DNA from: Minutocellus sp. GHC0000111
Lineage: Eukaryota
Length of the DNA: 64,000 nucleotides
Assembly: GCA_977018835.1 (NCBI GenBank)
Contig: OZ361260.1
Location: 4,030,001 to 4,094,000 of the forward strand
Reading direction: 5' to 3'
A program made the position numbers and the translations under genes. Under the pieces are notes generated by a model that saw only the letters and a list, made by a program, of their open reading frames with translations, did no database searches and was not told the DNA's origin. This document shows positions 45,831-57,244 of this stretch, one piece after another (the first letter of the stretch is position 1; each line of letters starts with the position of its first letter).

Positions 45831-47516
45831 CTAAGCGTCAAGAGCCCGAAGATTTCCAGCACGAATATCGGGGTCAGGATCATTGCCCGAGCTTTTGCCA
45901 GCGACTTCAGCGAAAGCATCTTTGATGGACCCACCATCATGTCGGCCGATGCTGCCTCCATCGATTATGGACTCTAAAATAGACTCTGAGTACCCAACTG
46001 AGTATTCTCCGGCATCACTGTCACGATCGTAGGAATTTTCAAGATCTGTGTTGTTCGTCCTTGATGGCGAAGGCACAATGCCGTCTTTCTCCTTGGACAC
46101 GCTGTGAATGGCGCTTGAACGTTCACCATCAACAACAAATTCAACACCATTGCGTTCGTCCAATGTTCCTAGCGATGATTTCTTGCCATTCGATCTAATT
46201 CTGTAGACACACACAAATACCGTGCCAATAAGAACCACGCAGCCAACAATCACAGCAACAAGAACGAAAATTCCAACCGATATGTCATCAGAGCTATCAT
46301 CAGATGAACTCAACACTGTTTTCCCGGGCGCAGAAATGAACGCCGCCTGCGACGCTGAAAGGACAGCATCGTCAGATGATTTCAACTCTTTAGAAAGAAT
46401 ATCGCCGTCGAGAGCTTCCAATACAATGGACCGAAGGTCTTTCGCGTGTGGCAGACGGCTTCCTTCCACACTGCTAAAGGCATCGAGAAAAATGGCCTGG
46501 CCAGAGCACTCGTCAGTTACAGTTGTGATGTCCTCTTGTTTCGTTTCGGAGAAAAACTCTGCTTCAATGTCAATATCTTGAAAGGTATCGGGATAGATTG
46601 TAAGCATCTTCTGTCCAACAACATCTGCGATGGTGCTCTCAAGTTTATTGGCACTGATGTTATCGGCGAGGACACCCAGGCGTCGTCTGGATGGAGTAAG
46701 AAAGGTAATTCCAACGAAAAACGGCGAAACTTGAACTCCAATATCTTCAGGCATAATTTCCTCTACTCCCTCGTCCCCTTGTTTCTCCATGTTTTCTTGT
46801 ACGACCGGGGCCAGGGCAGGAAAGGCGGTAGGATCGGCTCGCTCTTCAAGCGTTGGCATATCCGTTGGCTTGCGGATGGGCGAAGGCGTTGGCATATCCG
46901 TTGGCTTGTTCGAAGTCGGTGCCCTGGATGGGCTGAAAGTTTTTGGCGCAATCTCCATGACGACGGGGTCATGCTGCTGGACAGTGACAACGTCGCTTGG
47001 GTCGAAGCAATAGTTCACCCCGTCTTTACCCTTTCCTTCACATCCCGGAACATCTTCGTCGTCTTCTCGCTCAAAGCATTCAAGGTTTCGTTTGCAATCA
47101 TAATCTTTTCTGCAATTTCCAGAGCACTTTCCGTGGCCCTTGAATCCGCCACCTAAATATTCCAGCTCGTCAAAGTCCTTGCCAAGATCATCCGGCTCGT
47201 CCTCGTCTTCATCGTCGTCAGCATCGTCCTTACAAGCACCACACGTGATGGGACATACCTCGTCTGCATCGGATTTGCGATTGCCACATTCATCCTTGAT
47301 GTGGTCCTTATCATTTTTTAGCCACGAACACGGCCGCTTGTTACCACGTGCTGCCGTGCGGAATTCGTCATCATCTTTCTCTCGGCACCGCTGGAGTTTG
47401 CGCCTTCCGCGAGCATTGAAAGCCGACACATCATTTTGTGCTACCGGTGAGGAGGCGACGGATGTCTCAATGGCGAGAAGGACATTTGCGAGTGCGAGGA
47501 TAGTTATAATCTTCAT
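45831..47516 (-). CDS. Type I membrane surface protein with RXL motifs, Cys-rich modules and PT repeats
   Basis: Signal peptide, RRKLQ and RRRLG, C.GNC..D.DC..NLECF.R..VPGC.G..NYC, KPTDMPT repeats, single TM near the C-terminus. Confidence 0.85.
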   Translation of the reverse strand: MKIITILALANVLLAIETSVASSPVAQNDVSAFNARGRRKLQRCREKDDDEFRTAARGNKRPCSWLKNDKDHIKDECGNRKSDADEVCPITCGACKDDADDDEDEDEPDDLGKDFDELEYLGGGFKGHGKCSGNCRKDYDCKRNLECFEREDDEDVPGCEGKGKDGVNYCFDPSDVVTVQQHDPVVMEIAPKTFSPSRAPTSNKPTDMPTPSPIRKPTDMPTLEERADPTAFPALAPVVQENMEKQGDEGVEEIMPEDIGVQVSPFFVGITFLTPSRRRLGVLADNISANKLESTIADVVGQKMLTIYPDTFQDIDIEAEFFSETKQEDITTVTDECSGQAIFLDAFSSVEGSRLPHAKDLRSIVLEALDGDILSKELKSSDDAVLSASQAAFISAPGKTVLSSSDDSSDDISVGIFVLVAVIVGCVVLIGTVFVCVYRIRSNGKKSSLGTLDERNGVEFVVDGERSSAIHSVSKEKDGIVPSPSRTNNTDLENSYDRDSDAGEYSVGYSESILESIIDGGSIGRHDGGSIKDAFAEVAGKSSGNDPDPDIRAGNLRALDA

Positions 47517-48139
47517 ATTTCAAGGTGAAGAAAGTTGCAATCGGATCGGAATCCTTTTTCCGTAAACAAGATTCCAAGTCGTTTGTGGGGCGCGGCGGTA
47601 AAGTAAGGGCCCAGTTGAGAAATACACCACGAGCGAGAGTTGGATCACAAAACAAGGAATCCGCTAGATGATGGTGTCGTTGGCGATTCCTTAAATGCCA
47701 ATTGAGTTGCTCGCTGGTAGGTAGGTGCAGTTGATAGCAGAGCAAGAACGTCGGCAAACACAAATATTGGCGGCAAAGAAGAATGAGACCGCGTCATCTT
47801 GCTGCCGCGCCAAATCTTCAACAGAAACGAAAATTCTTGGGTCCGTCCGTCGTCAGTCATAAACATCGTCCGATTGCGCTTCTTTCATTCGAATTCGGCC
47901 CCCGCTTTTTTGGAATGCTTCTACTACTCGCCTACAGCCGAGCTAGCTAGCTACTACGTAGTACTAGCTAGTAGCTAGCTAGGAGTGAGCCCCGGTAGAG
48001 AACCTTTCTCTGCATTCGGCTTGTAGAGGCATCAGAGAGAAGTTGCTTTCGTTGGTTTGCTCCCCCCAGAGCGGCAGGTGCGACATCTGCTGCATCATTG
48101 CAGTCGTACTTTTAGCACAAAATTTCTGCAACTCGTGCA

Positions 48140-49480
48140 ATGAGTGCTTCCAATGATGCACTGCTATTGAGTGATGCCCCAGTCGGAAAACCAAGCTCGA
48201 GAGAAAATGATAGTCACCGTCAAGCGGCACAATCTCCACAGAGCGATTCGACAAAGAAAGAAGAAGATTTAGTTGAATACGATGCCCCCACTGATGACGA
48301 AGGAGACCGGCCAAGGACAAAGACGAACCAAGTCCACGATGCCGCTACATCTAAGTCCCCCGCAGCACTCAAAGCAGAAACGGACGACGAAGACGAGGGA
48401 GAGTTGACTGTTTGTCGCTTTGTCATCAAACGCCTGGAGGGAGCTGGCAGAGATCCAGAAAACGACCTGGGTGGGTATGCCACAAGCGATTACTACATTG
48501 ACCTCGTCAAGCAACATCATGGTCTCTATGATCTTGTTTGTAAGGTTTACGATATCTTGCAGAAAGAAAGGTTGTCCCGAGATAGCGTCTTCAGCCATCT
48601 TTGGAATCTTGGATTTGCAGGAAAGGTCTTTTGTAATGGTTGGCGTCAAAAAAACTTTCGGACCGGTGAGTATGACCGGGCTGCAAATTCCGCCGACATT
48701 GATGATCGCGAGCCGCGAATCCTATCATCCTTGGCCAAGCCAATTGCCGACGGGCAAAAGGGGCGATTTTGGGGCGATGTAAAATTCACGGCCCTTTTCG
48801 AAGTTGAAGTTGTAAGCGTCGCTTTGGAAACACTGGATGCGTCGGCTGACTTGAGCGCGTACCCAAAGGTCTCGAAGGTCGCATCGGCCGTTGTTTCGGG
48901 TAAAGCTGAGGACGATTGGATTGAGCAATCCGAGAAGGACTCCTGCGAAACACGGAGGTCTCAGTGGCAGCGCTATCTGACAAGGGAGAGCTCTTGGAAG
49001 CGCGATCGAGCTGGTGGATATGTCCCCGCCAAACCAGTTCAGCCAGCTTGGGGAGTTGATGACACTAGAATTATTGGTCTTCTCATCAACGCTGGAGCTA
49101 AGGTCAAGAAGTCATGGACGGGCATAATGCAGTATGCCTTCCTTGATAGAGCCGAGACTGCCGCATCCAGAATGTGGTATCAACTACGTGGCAAGGAACG
49201 TTACCGCATCGACAGGGTCGGTGGGAATATGACCAACCAAGCTCGCATTCAGCTTGCCAAGCGACTCGCCAGAAGCCGAATGCAACAGTTTCTCAAAAAG
49301 GATGTGCCCAAGAGAGACCCGCATCCTTATGCAAGTGTTGAGAAAGCTCTCCGAAAACGAGGAAAGATCGATGATACAACAAGCGAGTCGGAAAGAAAGA
49401 GATTGTGTGCTCAATGGAATTTCATTACAAGTGAATTGGAAGACGAAGGAAACGGACACTGGGATGACATGATCAGCTAG
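48140..49480 (+). CDS. Hypothetical protein (446 aa)
   Basis: Long ATG-initiated ORF; disordered acidic N-terminus and globular C-part; no recognised motif. Confidence 0.7.
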   Translation: MSASNDALLLSDAPVGKPSSRENDSHRQAAQSPQSDSTKKEEDLVEYDAPTDDEGDRPRTKTNQVHDAATSKSPAALKAETDDEDEGELTVCRFVIKRLEGAGRDPENDLGGYATSDYYIDLVKQHHGLYDLVCKVYDILQKERLSRDSVFSHLWNLGFAGKVFCNGWRQKNFRTGEYDRAANSADIDDREPRILSSLAKPIADGQKGRFWGDVKFTALFEVEVVSVALETLDASADLSAYPKVSKVASAVVSGKAEDDWIEQSEKDSCETRRSQWQRYLTRESSWKRDRAGGYVPAKPVQPAWGVDDTRIIGLLINAGAKVKKSWTGIMQYAFLDRAETAASRMWYQLRGKERYRIDRVGGNMTNQARIQLAKRLARSRMQQFLKKDVPKRDPHPYASVEKALRKRGKIDDTTSESERKRLCAQWNFITSELEDEGNGHWDDMIS

Positions 49481-49597
49481 CTGAAACTTATCGACCACGT
49501 GAATTTATAGCACGAAGAAGGACGCATTAACATCAAGACTTCATTCATTTAGATGCGGTCCGGTAGAAATACATATATATAATGTGTTAGTGTTAGA

Positions 49598-50616
49598 TCA
49601 AAAGTACCTTTCAAGCAAATACTCCTTCTTCTGTCGAACCCATTCGGCAAACTCTCGATCATTTGAGAATTCTTCCCTTGGTACGTCCTTGAAGAAGGTC
49701 AGTATTTTCTTCTGGTCGTTCGATCCAATCAGCGCCTCGCCGCCATGAAATGTGCTAGGATCTGGCTTCCCTTGATCATCAAGACTCGTGAAGATACACA
49801 CATGTCCTGCGGAGGGAAGCACTCGAAGGCCCATGGTAGTGTCACCCCTCTGAGTTTCATCTGCAACATAAAGATCCACAGCTGCTTGCTCCAGTTCTTT
49901 GGCGATATCCAAATCCCGCACTTCATTGGCAGCTGTGGAAAATTGGTTGCCCCCTTATCGTTGCTATTCAAATACAAGAGACAAGTAAGGTGGCGCAAAT
50001 CTTCCCCATTGTTTGTATCCACGTGAAGCCCATAGGTAAGTAGTTCCCGGCGAGTCGGTGGCCGTCCCCCCTCAATTGCGTCTTTTGGTTCGTACACGAC
50101 GTATTGTGGAATCGGCTTCTCACCAACGTGAGTAGTACATCCTGTCAGCTGATCGATTTGGTCTCTGACTTTGGATAGGAGATCGGCGCCTTTTTGGATA
50201 TCTGCAATGTTACCGCCGAATTCTTCATCAGGTTCGTAAGTGGCGGCCGCAATGAATTTTAGAAAACCTGAAACCAGATCACATTCTTCTTGGGTGAGCA
50301 GTGGCTCACTCGTCGTTAGCATGATTGGATCACACGATAGTGGAACAAGGGTAGGTTTTGATTTGCCAGTCTCCTGTTGGGGCTGAAAGAGTTCGTCGAG
50401 GTCTTGTTGGTATTCGGCATCTTGCTGCTGTTGCTGATATTCGATGCGACTGGTGGTAGGCGACGATGACGTGCGACGTGCTTGTTGGTCTGCGCCGATA
50501 ATATTGCTGAATTGCCTGCCAAAGAGCTGAAAGCCGTTGACGGGTGCAAGGAGTGCGATTGAAGCTAGCGCTTTGAGGAATTTGGTGCAGCTCGGCCGAT
50601 TCGTTGGCGATGGCAT
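49598..50616 (-). CDS. Prolyl-4-hydroxylase-like 2OG-Fe(II) oxygenase, signal/plastid presequence (frameshift ~49937)
   Basis: PLLTQEECD, GLHVDT, RHLTCLLYLN..GATNFP; the second frame supplies FHGGEA..KKILTFF. Confidence 0.8.
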
Positions 50617-50954
50617 TGTGTCGTCAATGTCGTGCACTACTTTGCTTTGTTTGGGATGCTACTTTGCGCGTCGCCGAGCGAAGCGTCGATGATTGAAATG
50701 TGCAGGAGAGGGGGCGGTGGATTGTGGAAGTATCGCTAGGAATGTGTTGCCTTTGTACGTAGCTTGGAGATCATCCAAGTTCGGCAGAGGAGCAACTGCC
50801 AAAGACTCAAAGCCAACAGCATCGGCCTTGCTACTTCCCGCCATTCGTCGGCATCGATCGAAATTCGCCAGCGACAAGTCAGAAAAACGCCGAAAAGGGG
50901 GAATCCTTGCTTGTGCCAACCATTTATTTGCCCCTCGTCCTTCATTCGGTAAAA

Positions 50955-51428
50955 AGTCGTACTCAGAAGTCGTACTGAGGGAGGAATACCGAGACGAGGC
51001 CTCAGAAGTCCCTCAGCGCCGCCAAGTCTTTACATGTCAACGAGTACGACTTCTGAGTATCCGAGTCAATGGTAGCCCTCACGAATACCGACTTCGCGTT
51101 CGACTTTGACTGTAACCGATACTCAAAGGTCGCCGATACTCAACAGCATGAGTGCAATCAGGATTGACTTTTGAGGATGAAAAATAGTTGTTTCTATAAG
51201 GATAATGTTCAATACACACTATTAAAGACAGGAGATAAGAGAGCAACACCCTGTTCATACTCAAGTGTAAAGACTGCCTTTAAAACAGAATCTGGCATTA
51301 GTCTCTTAGCAAATAAAGGGAGTTTTCCTCAACAACATGCTGATGTCACGCCAGTACGACTTCTTATTTTAGGCTCTGAAGTTTTACAAATACTGTTGAC
51401 TTCAGGCGACTTCAGTACGGTTACTGTG
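50955..51428. repeat. Non-coding segment with a dispersed inverted/direct motif AGAAGTCGTACT (possible non-autonomous element relic)
   Basis: Perfect 17-bp inverted repeat 50960-50976 / 51043-51059; further copies at 51001-51010 and 51352-51364. Confidence 0.55.
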
Positions 51429-51495
51429 TGAAATTTCCAGGATTTGCCCCTCTTATTTCATTTCATACATCATATGTATGCGTGAAGGCGACCAA

Positions 51496-52215
51496 TCAAT
51501 CCAACAGCAGGGACTGACGACCTGTCTCTTTTTCGTACACTCGAAGGGACACGGAAAATGCGCCACCTTCTAGCCTTTCAATTGGAGCCAGTTTGAGAGC
51601 CTCCGTCCCCATGCCGCCCTCCCCATGCCCAGCACATACGAGAGAAGCAGACTCGATCACAGTTGCCAGCTCATCACCAACAACGGCGACAATATTATTA
51701 TCACAAAGGCACGGTTCGCAAATCACCTCGAAGAAGTACGATCCTAATTGCCTGAGATAGAGGCCCAAGGGAAGTGGCCCTCCCTCGCTCCTAGAAATCG
51801 TCCATCGACGCTTCAACAAGTTCTTCCAGCTCTTGCATGGGACGTTGCCGCCGTCGGCACCATCATCGTCTGGAAGCATCGACCTGATCGTTTCCAGCGT
51901 AGGATGGTGCTTCCTCATCAGTCCTAGCCACAGCTCATCCTCAACCGAATCCAACGTGGAATTCCAAATCTTGCACGTTCGTGCGGCAGATGGGATATCC
52001 TGTACATCGAGACAAAGCAACGCCTTGGACAATGTGTCGGGATTGGTCAGCACGGACTTGACGGGGTCCGCTGGTTCGTCTGCGGCAGGAGAGGTGGTGA
52101 CGACATCTTTCTGCTTAGTGCTGGTGGTTTTGATACGCTTGCTGGCCGAATTCGAGCCGACGCCTCCCTCGACAAGCGAGGCTTTGTCGTCGGCAGATCG
52201 CTTGGTCGACATCAT
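51496..52215 (-). CDS. F-box-like protein
   Basis: VLTNPDTLSKALLCLDVQDIPSAARTCKIWN..DELWLGL. Confidence 0.7.
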   Translation of the reverse strand: MMSTKRSADDKASLVEGGVGSNSASKRIKTTSTKQKDVVTTSPAADEPADPVKSVLTNPDTLSKALLCLDVQDIPSAARTCKIWNSTLDSVEDELWLGLMRKHHPTLETIRSMLPDDDGADGGNVPCKSWKNLLKRRWTISRSEGGPLPLGLYLRQLGSYFFEVICEPCLCDNNIVAVVGDELATVIESASLVCAGHGEGGMGTEALKLAPIERLEGGAFSVSLRVYEKETGRQSLLLD

Positions 52216-52516
52216 GGCTGGCGTTCTACGGCGGCGTATCGGATAACTTATCTTGCTCGTCCGCTCCCTGGCCGCGAAAAATGTAGGGGAAGAATAGGGA
52301 AGATCGATCTAAATAACCCCGAATATAGAATTTACAGAGGGGGTCGCTCGCCCAGTTGCCTCAGTTAGATCTAGTCAGAATCAATGGGATGTCTTGCCCT
52401 AATTAAATGATCTAGCTAGAGTTTAGAATGTGGAAATACTTAGATCTGCATTCGCATCCTGAAGTAGAAGAGTAGATCTAGAACCAGTAAAAATGTTTGA
52501 ATGAATCACGCCAGGT

Positions 52517-54358
52517 TCACGACTTCCATACATTATGAAAGTCAGCATCAATTTCATCCTCCTCCTCCTTCCGAATGGCATCTTCATCACCACCAAGGAC
52601 AGAGTTGAGCTGAGTAGTCATGTCTTTGTATATGTCTTGGGCAATTTGTTGGATGGAAAATACCACGGATTCTCCATCATCTTCTCCGTCGGCATCGCCA
52701 CCTAGGGTGGACTCGGCAAAGCTGCCTTCTTGGTTTTCATCTTCGCCTCCGACATGAACCTCGACCTCGTCCAGAGCACGAATTGTGCCCATTAGCTCGA
52801 TGTTGCGACGAACGAGCATAGGGCACGTTCTTCCTCAGTGGTTTCTCGCCTTTCTCGGGGGAGAATTATCAGCTATCGAGTCTCCAGAGTTCATTTGCCC
52901 TCCTCCCTCAATCATCGACCAGTCGCTCTGGCCAATACTATCGACAACTGATTCCATGGCCACAGAATCTCCGGCATGGGATTCGAAATATGCAATAGAG
53001 TCAATTGAGTAGTCTCCAAGGTCACTGCGCTGCTCATAAATATCGCCAACAAAAGACGCATTTGGCACAGGTGACAAGTGGATGCCATGGCTGTTCGTGG
53101 TTATACCTCCTTCCAGATTGTCTTCGAAATTACTCTGACGATCCAGATCAGAGACGTCTCCGGTACTCCCCTCCCCACATTCTTGATCGCATGAGACGAA
53201 GGAGTCTTCGAGATCTTGGACAGTTTCATTGAGTTCTTCTTTGGGCAACGAGGAAGCATTGTCTTTGCTCTCCCAACCATCGGTGGATGCATCAGTAGCA
53301 GCTCCCTTTTCATTCATTTTTTGCATATAGAGTATCATCGCAATGAATAGGACAAATCCTGCGCCGACAACAAGTAGTACAATACGCGGAGATGATTCCG
53401 ACTCAGCGGTATATGCTGGTGGAACGAGTGAAGCTTTCGCGCTCTCTTTTGCATCATAATGTGGGCTTGAAGGTTGGAAATATTCATCTGCTGTCAAAAC
53501 AAAGCCGCCACTCGCAGCGGAAAGCACGACGTCGCTTGAAGTGCGCAAGGCATCAGAGAACAAATCGCGACTCAGTACCTCGATTGCCATCGAGTAAAGA
53601 TAGATGGGGCTTGGCAAATGCTTCTCCGTGCTACTGAAGATGAAATAGCTGGAGCAGCGATAGGTGAGGGTCGTTATGTCCGTTTCCTCGGTCTCGTTGA
53701 TGAGCTCCACTACAATATCAATATCTTGAAATATATCGGGGTAAGTTGTAATCATTTCCTCGCCGACGAGATAGGCAAGGGTACTCTCCAAGCTGCTGGG
53801 ACTGATGTGATTCGCCAGGCTTCCAAGCTGCCTTCTAGACGACGTATTGAATCTAATTCCGACAACAAAGGGCGGGGTTCCGAGTAAAATATCATCTGCC
53901 CCATCCTCTTCTTTCAACGGGCTGTGTTTTGGAGCATTTTGTTTCTGACTGGACAAATCGTCGCCTGTAGGAGCAAGGTCCTCGTTCGATGTGGTATCTA
54001 CCGGAGTGTTCTGATCGGATAAATTATCACTAGTAGGAGTTGGGTCCTCAAGCGACTTCTCATCTTCAATCCACCAGCCGTCCACGCAATGATTGACTTC
54101 CTGTTCAAGCGTGCCGGTGCACTGGAATTGTTCCAGCACCTCCTCGAAGATATCGTTCGACCAAAGGGCGCATTTGAGTCCAATCTCGCAGTCCTCGTCG
54201 CCGCGACAATGGCCTTGGCAATGATGTAGTTTTTGTCCCTGCACCGGTGTCTCAGTGACGAAATCCAAAGCGGTCCACGAAGCTGCCGCCGGAGAGAAAA
54301 GGAACATGTTCAGGGAGGTCACGAGGAGCCCATTTCGGACGATATAGTTTCTCATCAT
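52517..54358 (-). CDS. Type I membrane surface protein (same family as 45831-47516); in-frame TGA at 52835-52837 precedes a further ~105 open codons
   Basis: Signal peptide, CQGHC..DEDC..GLKC Cys module, RRQLG, FQDIDI, TM IVLLVVGAGFVLFIAMILY; ORF 52517-52819 is in the same frame. Confidence 0.8.
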
Positions 54359-54929
54359 CTCTGCGTTGTGTGGGTGGTACTATAGTAGGGCAAGGAACAA
54401 ACAATGAGTGTGGCATTCCATGCGGCTGCAGTGATTGATCTCTCGAGCGTTCATCGTTGTGCTGTGCTTGGCTACTAGTACGTACTAGGCTAGGAATCCT
54501 AGTAGCTGAAGAGTTCCATGCTGCTGTAGGAATAGATCTCTCTGGCATTCATCACTGACTGTGCTTGGCTACGTAGCTGAAGAGGAATGTTTGAGCAGTT
54601 TACTAGTAGGTAGATTGGCGGACGGGGGAAACTCAGGAAATACTTGTGTCCTGAAAACATCCGAGCCAAAAAATGACTTCTTTATTTATTTAGGGGGAGT
54701 GAATTCGGCTCTTTCGGGGACTCTCCTGCGAAAAAGGGGGAAGATCTTCGGCAAACCCCATATTAAACCCCGACTGCGGAAAGAGCAAAAGGGGATCGCC
54801 CATTAGTTGCCTTAGTTAGTCGAATTGTTGGACAGTTTTTTGGGTCCTAATTGCCCCCGTAATCTTCCCGCCCATTTTCAAATCTTTGGCGGCGCTGAAA
54901 AGTCAGTGTTGCTTCGATAAGCTTTCACC

Positions 54930-57097
54930 ATGGAAGAGACCAACACGTCGAGCAAGAAGCAGCGCCGCTCCTTCGGGGGCGGCAGTTCCAGTAGCCTCGC
55001 CCGCAGAAGCATCGGCTTTGGCGGCGGTGGCGGTGGCAAGTCGTTGATGAGCAGCGCCGTCGGCGGATTCGGCGGCTTTGCGACCGCGTGGGAGGTCAAG
55101 GATACGCTGGCCGCCCAACAACAGAAGGAGAACCATGACGCCCAGAAGCCCGCTGCAGCGGCAACCGCTGCAAATAACAATGGCTTCGATGACCAACCTC
55201 GTCAAAATAACAACAGCAGCTCCAACGGAACGGACGCAGAGGCAGCACCCCTCGACGACAATCTCCTCCCCTCCCTCGCTGCCTCCCAATACGCCGCCCT
55301 GCCCTTGGCCCAGCCCGTCAGCCTCACCCTGACTCTTCGCGGGACGCAGTTTCACATGGACGACGTTGGTGATAATTCCACCTTTTACAAGCTGCTCAAG
55401 AAGGGATGCCAGGAGTTGAAGCTGGAGAGAGAGCCCGACAACGAGTACGATGGTATGGCCATACGGGTTGGCTACTATATTGGTGCAAAGGAGGTAGGAG
55501 GAGAGGGGGGTGAGCAGGAGGCAAACGCAAAGGCGGATTGTCATGATGAGATGGAGGCCGAGGGTGCCAAGGGCGAAGGAACCGAAAAGAAGGATGGCAA
55601 TCACGGCGTTATTGGCGATGGTGTTGTCGAAAGCAGCAACAACAACAACGCTCAGCAGATCCAAACCATCGGCCACATCGCCAAGGAGCAGGCCAAGGTC
55701 CTCTCCCCCTATTTCGACGCCGGCTGCCTCCGCCTCGACACCGTCGTGGTCACCGGAAAGGACTCCGGAAACAAGAGCTGGTACAAGCTCTGTGTTTCCG
55801 GAATGGCCAAGGACATTGACCCCATGCTGCACCAATTGAATGGACCCCTCTTCAGCAACGTGGTCGACGTCGATGCCTTCTTGTCCAAGGGATTGGCCAG
55901 GCTCGACCTGGAGGAGTCCAAGAGTGCGCACTATAGCATCGATCAGCTGCCCCCACCGCTGCCGTGGGCGCCGCTTCCGGAGTACGAACGGGATCAGCAA
56001 CCCAACGACGAGTCGTCGCAGTTTGGTTGGCCGTGGGAACCGTACGATCCCAGTGTGGCACAGAAACTTCTGCCCAACGTGGACGAGGTGGAGGCCGCCC
56101 AGTTGGCAAAGTGGCCACCCTCGGACGAGGTCCTTCGAAAGCTGGGGATGGGGCCCAAGGCGATGCCGAATGGTGGGACAGCGTGGCTGGTCTGCGTCCC
56201 CCCGTCGAGTGGAACGTGACCGGTCCACACGACCTGCTTGATCAGGTATCTCTGGGTGGGAACCGCACCAAGCGGCAGAGGGTCGCAGCCTTGCTCGATG
56301 GGGCCGTCCACGGGGTGACAAACGTTTGGACCGACGGTACCCTCGATGCCATGAGGGAGGCCATGCACTCCAAGGACTTTTGGATCTACCGAGGTGCCGA
56401 TGCGTTCATTCGGAGCTTCGGGGGGCCGTACGTCCTCGGCCAGGCTCCCGGCAAGCTCAAGTTGATCCAGGGCGTGCCGCACACGGACCTTACCGCCAAG
56501 ATTGCCAGGGGTCACAATCTGGTGTATGCGGCGACGCATCTGAAGCTGCCGCACGGGCCGGGGTTCAACGTCATTGTGTTTGGGTTGAACTTGAGGCGGG
56601 GTGGATTCCATTATCATCAGGATCATATCGGCGATGTCAAGGCCAAGGCAGCTCCGTTGGTACCTCGTCAGCCGGTGGCCACGACGGTATTCTACGAGCG
56701 TCCCTACCTCGATGACGAAAAAGAAGTTGTGAATTGGCGCCCGATTGACAACTGGACCGGGGTGTCGGCCAAGAGCGGAACTACGCATCATCCTACCGAG
56801 GCCGGGGATGGTGAACGTGGGACCATCAACAACAACTATTATCTTGCTGCGCGTAGCGTCCGTACCACTCATGGCATGATCCACATCCAGCGCGCTGGCC
56901 TTCAGGCCAAGACGAAACATGGCATCTTTCATGCTCCAGGCGATGAAGATGAGCGTAAGGGGTACCGTGTGGCAATTACAGCCCGTGTTGCTTGGCCGGA
57001 TGCTGAGGAGCGGCTTGCCCCATTCATTGAAAAAGGAGAGTACTGCCGCACCCTCGGTCCCGATGGTCAGGATAAGCTTCCTTCGTCTACAGTCTGA
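54930..57097 (+). CDS. HIRAN domain + AlkB-like 2OG-Fe(II) dioxygenase fusion (frameshift ~56159)
   Basis: HIRAN: LRGTQF..LKLEREPDNEYDGMAIRV..IGHIAKEQAKVLSP; AlkB-like: FNV..FHYHQD..GMIHIQ..LQ..KHGI..RVAITAR; adding one G at AAGG^C joins the ORFs. Confidence 0.75.
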
Positions 57098-57244
57098 GCT
57101 GAGGAGCGTGAGTCATGCAATTTATTTGGCGGCGGACTGAAAAATGTCTCAGCTAGAAATGTCGTCCCATATTTTATTACGTAGTACAAACCAATACATT
57201 GGGATACAAAACAAAAATGATTCTAGCCTACTTTGACTACGGTA

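Noticed and set aside
54590..54890. Possible transposon terminus (G/A-run-rich segment), also 52260-52360
   Set aside because: I could not find a matching inverted partner or target-site duplication
5042..56160. Programmed frameshifting or mass pseudogenisation at ~5045, ~7947, ~14778, ~14968, ~19620, ~36695, ~49937 and ~56159
   Set aside because: Almost all breaks sit in short homopolymers, are fixed by 1-2 bases and hit otherwise intact conserved genes. Long-read consensus error is the simplest explanation; read polishing would confirm it.
870..57097. Four 2OG-Fe(II) oxygenase-like genes as a biosynthetic cluster
   Set aside because: Different subfamilies, 5-35 kb apart, interspersed with unrelated housekeeping genes
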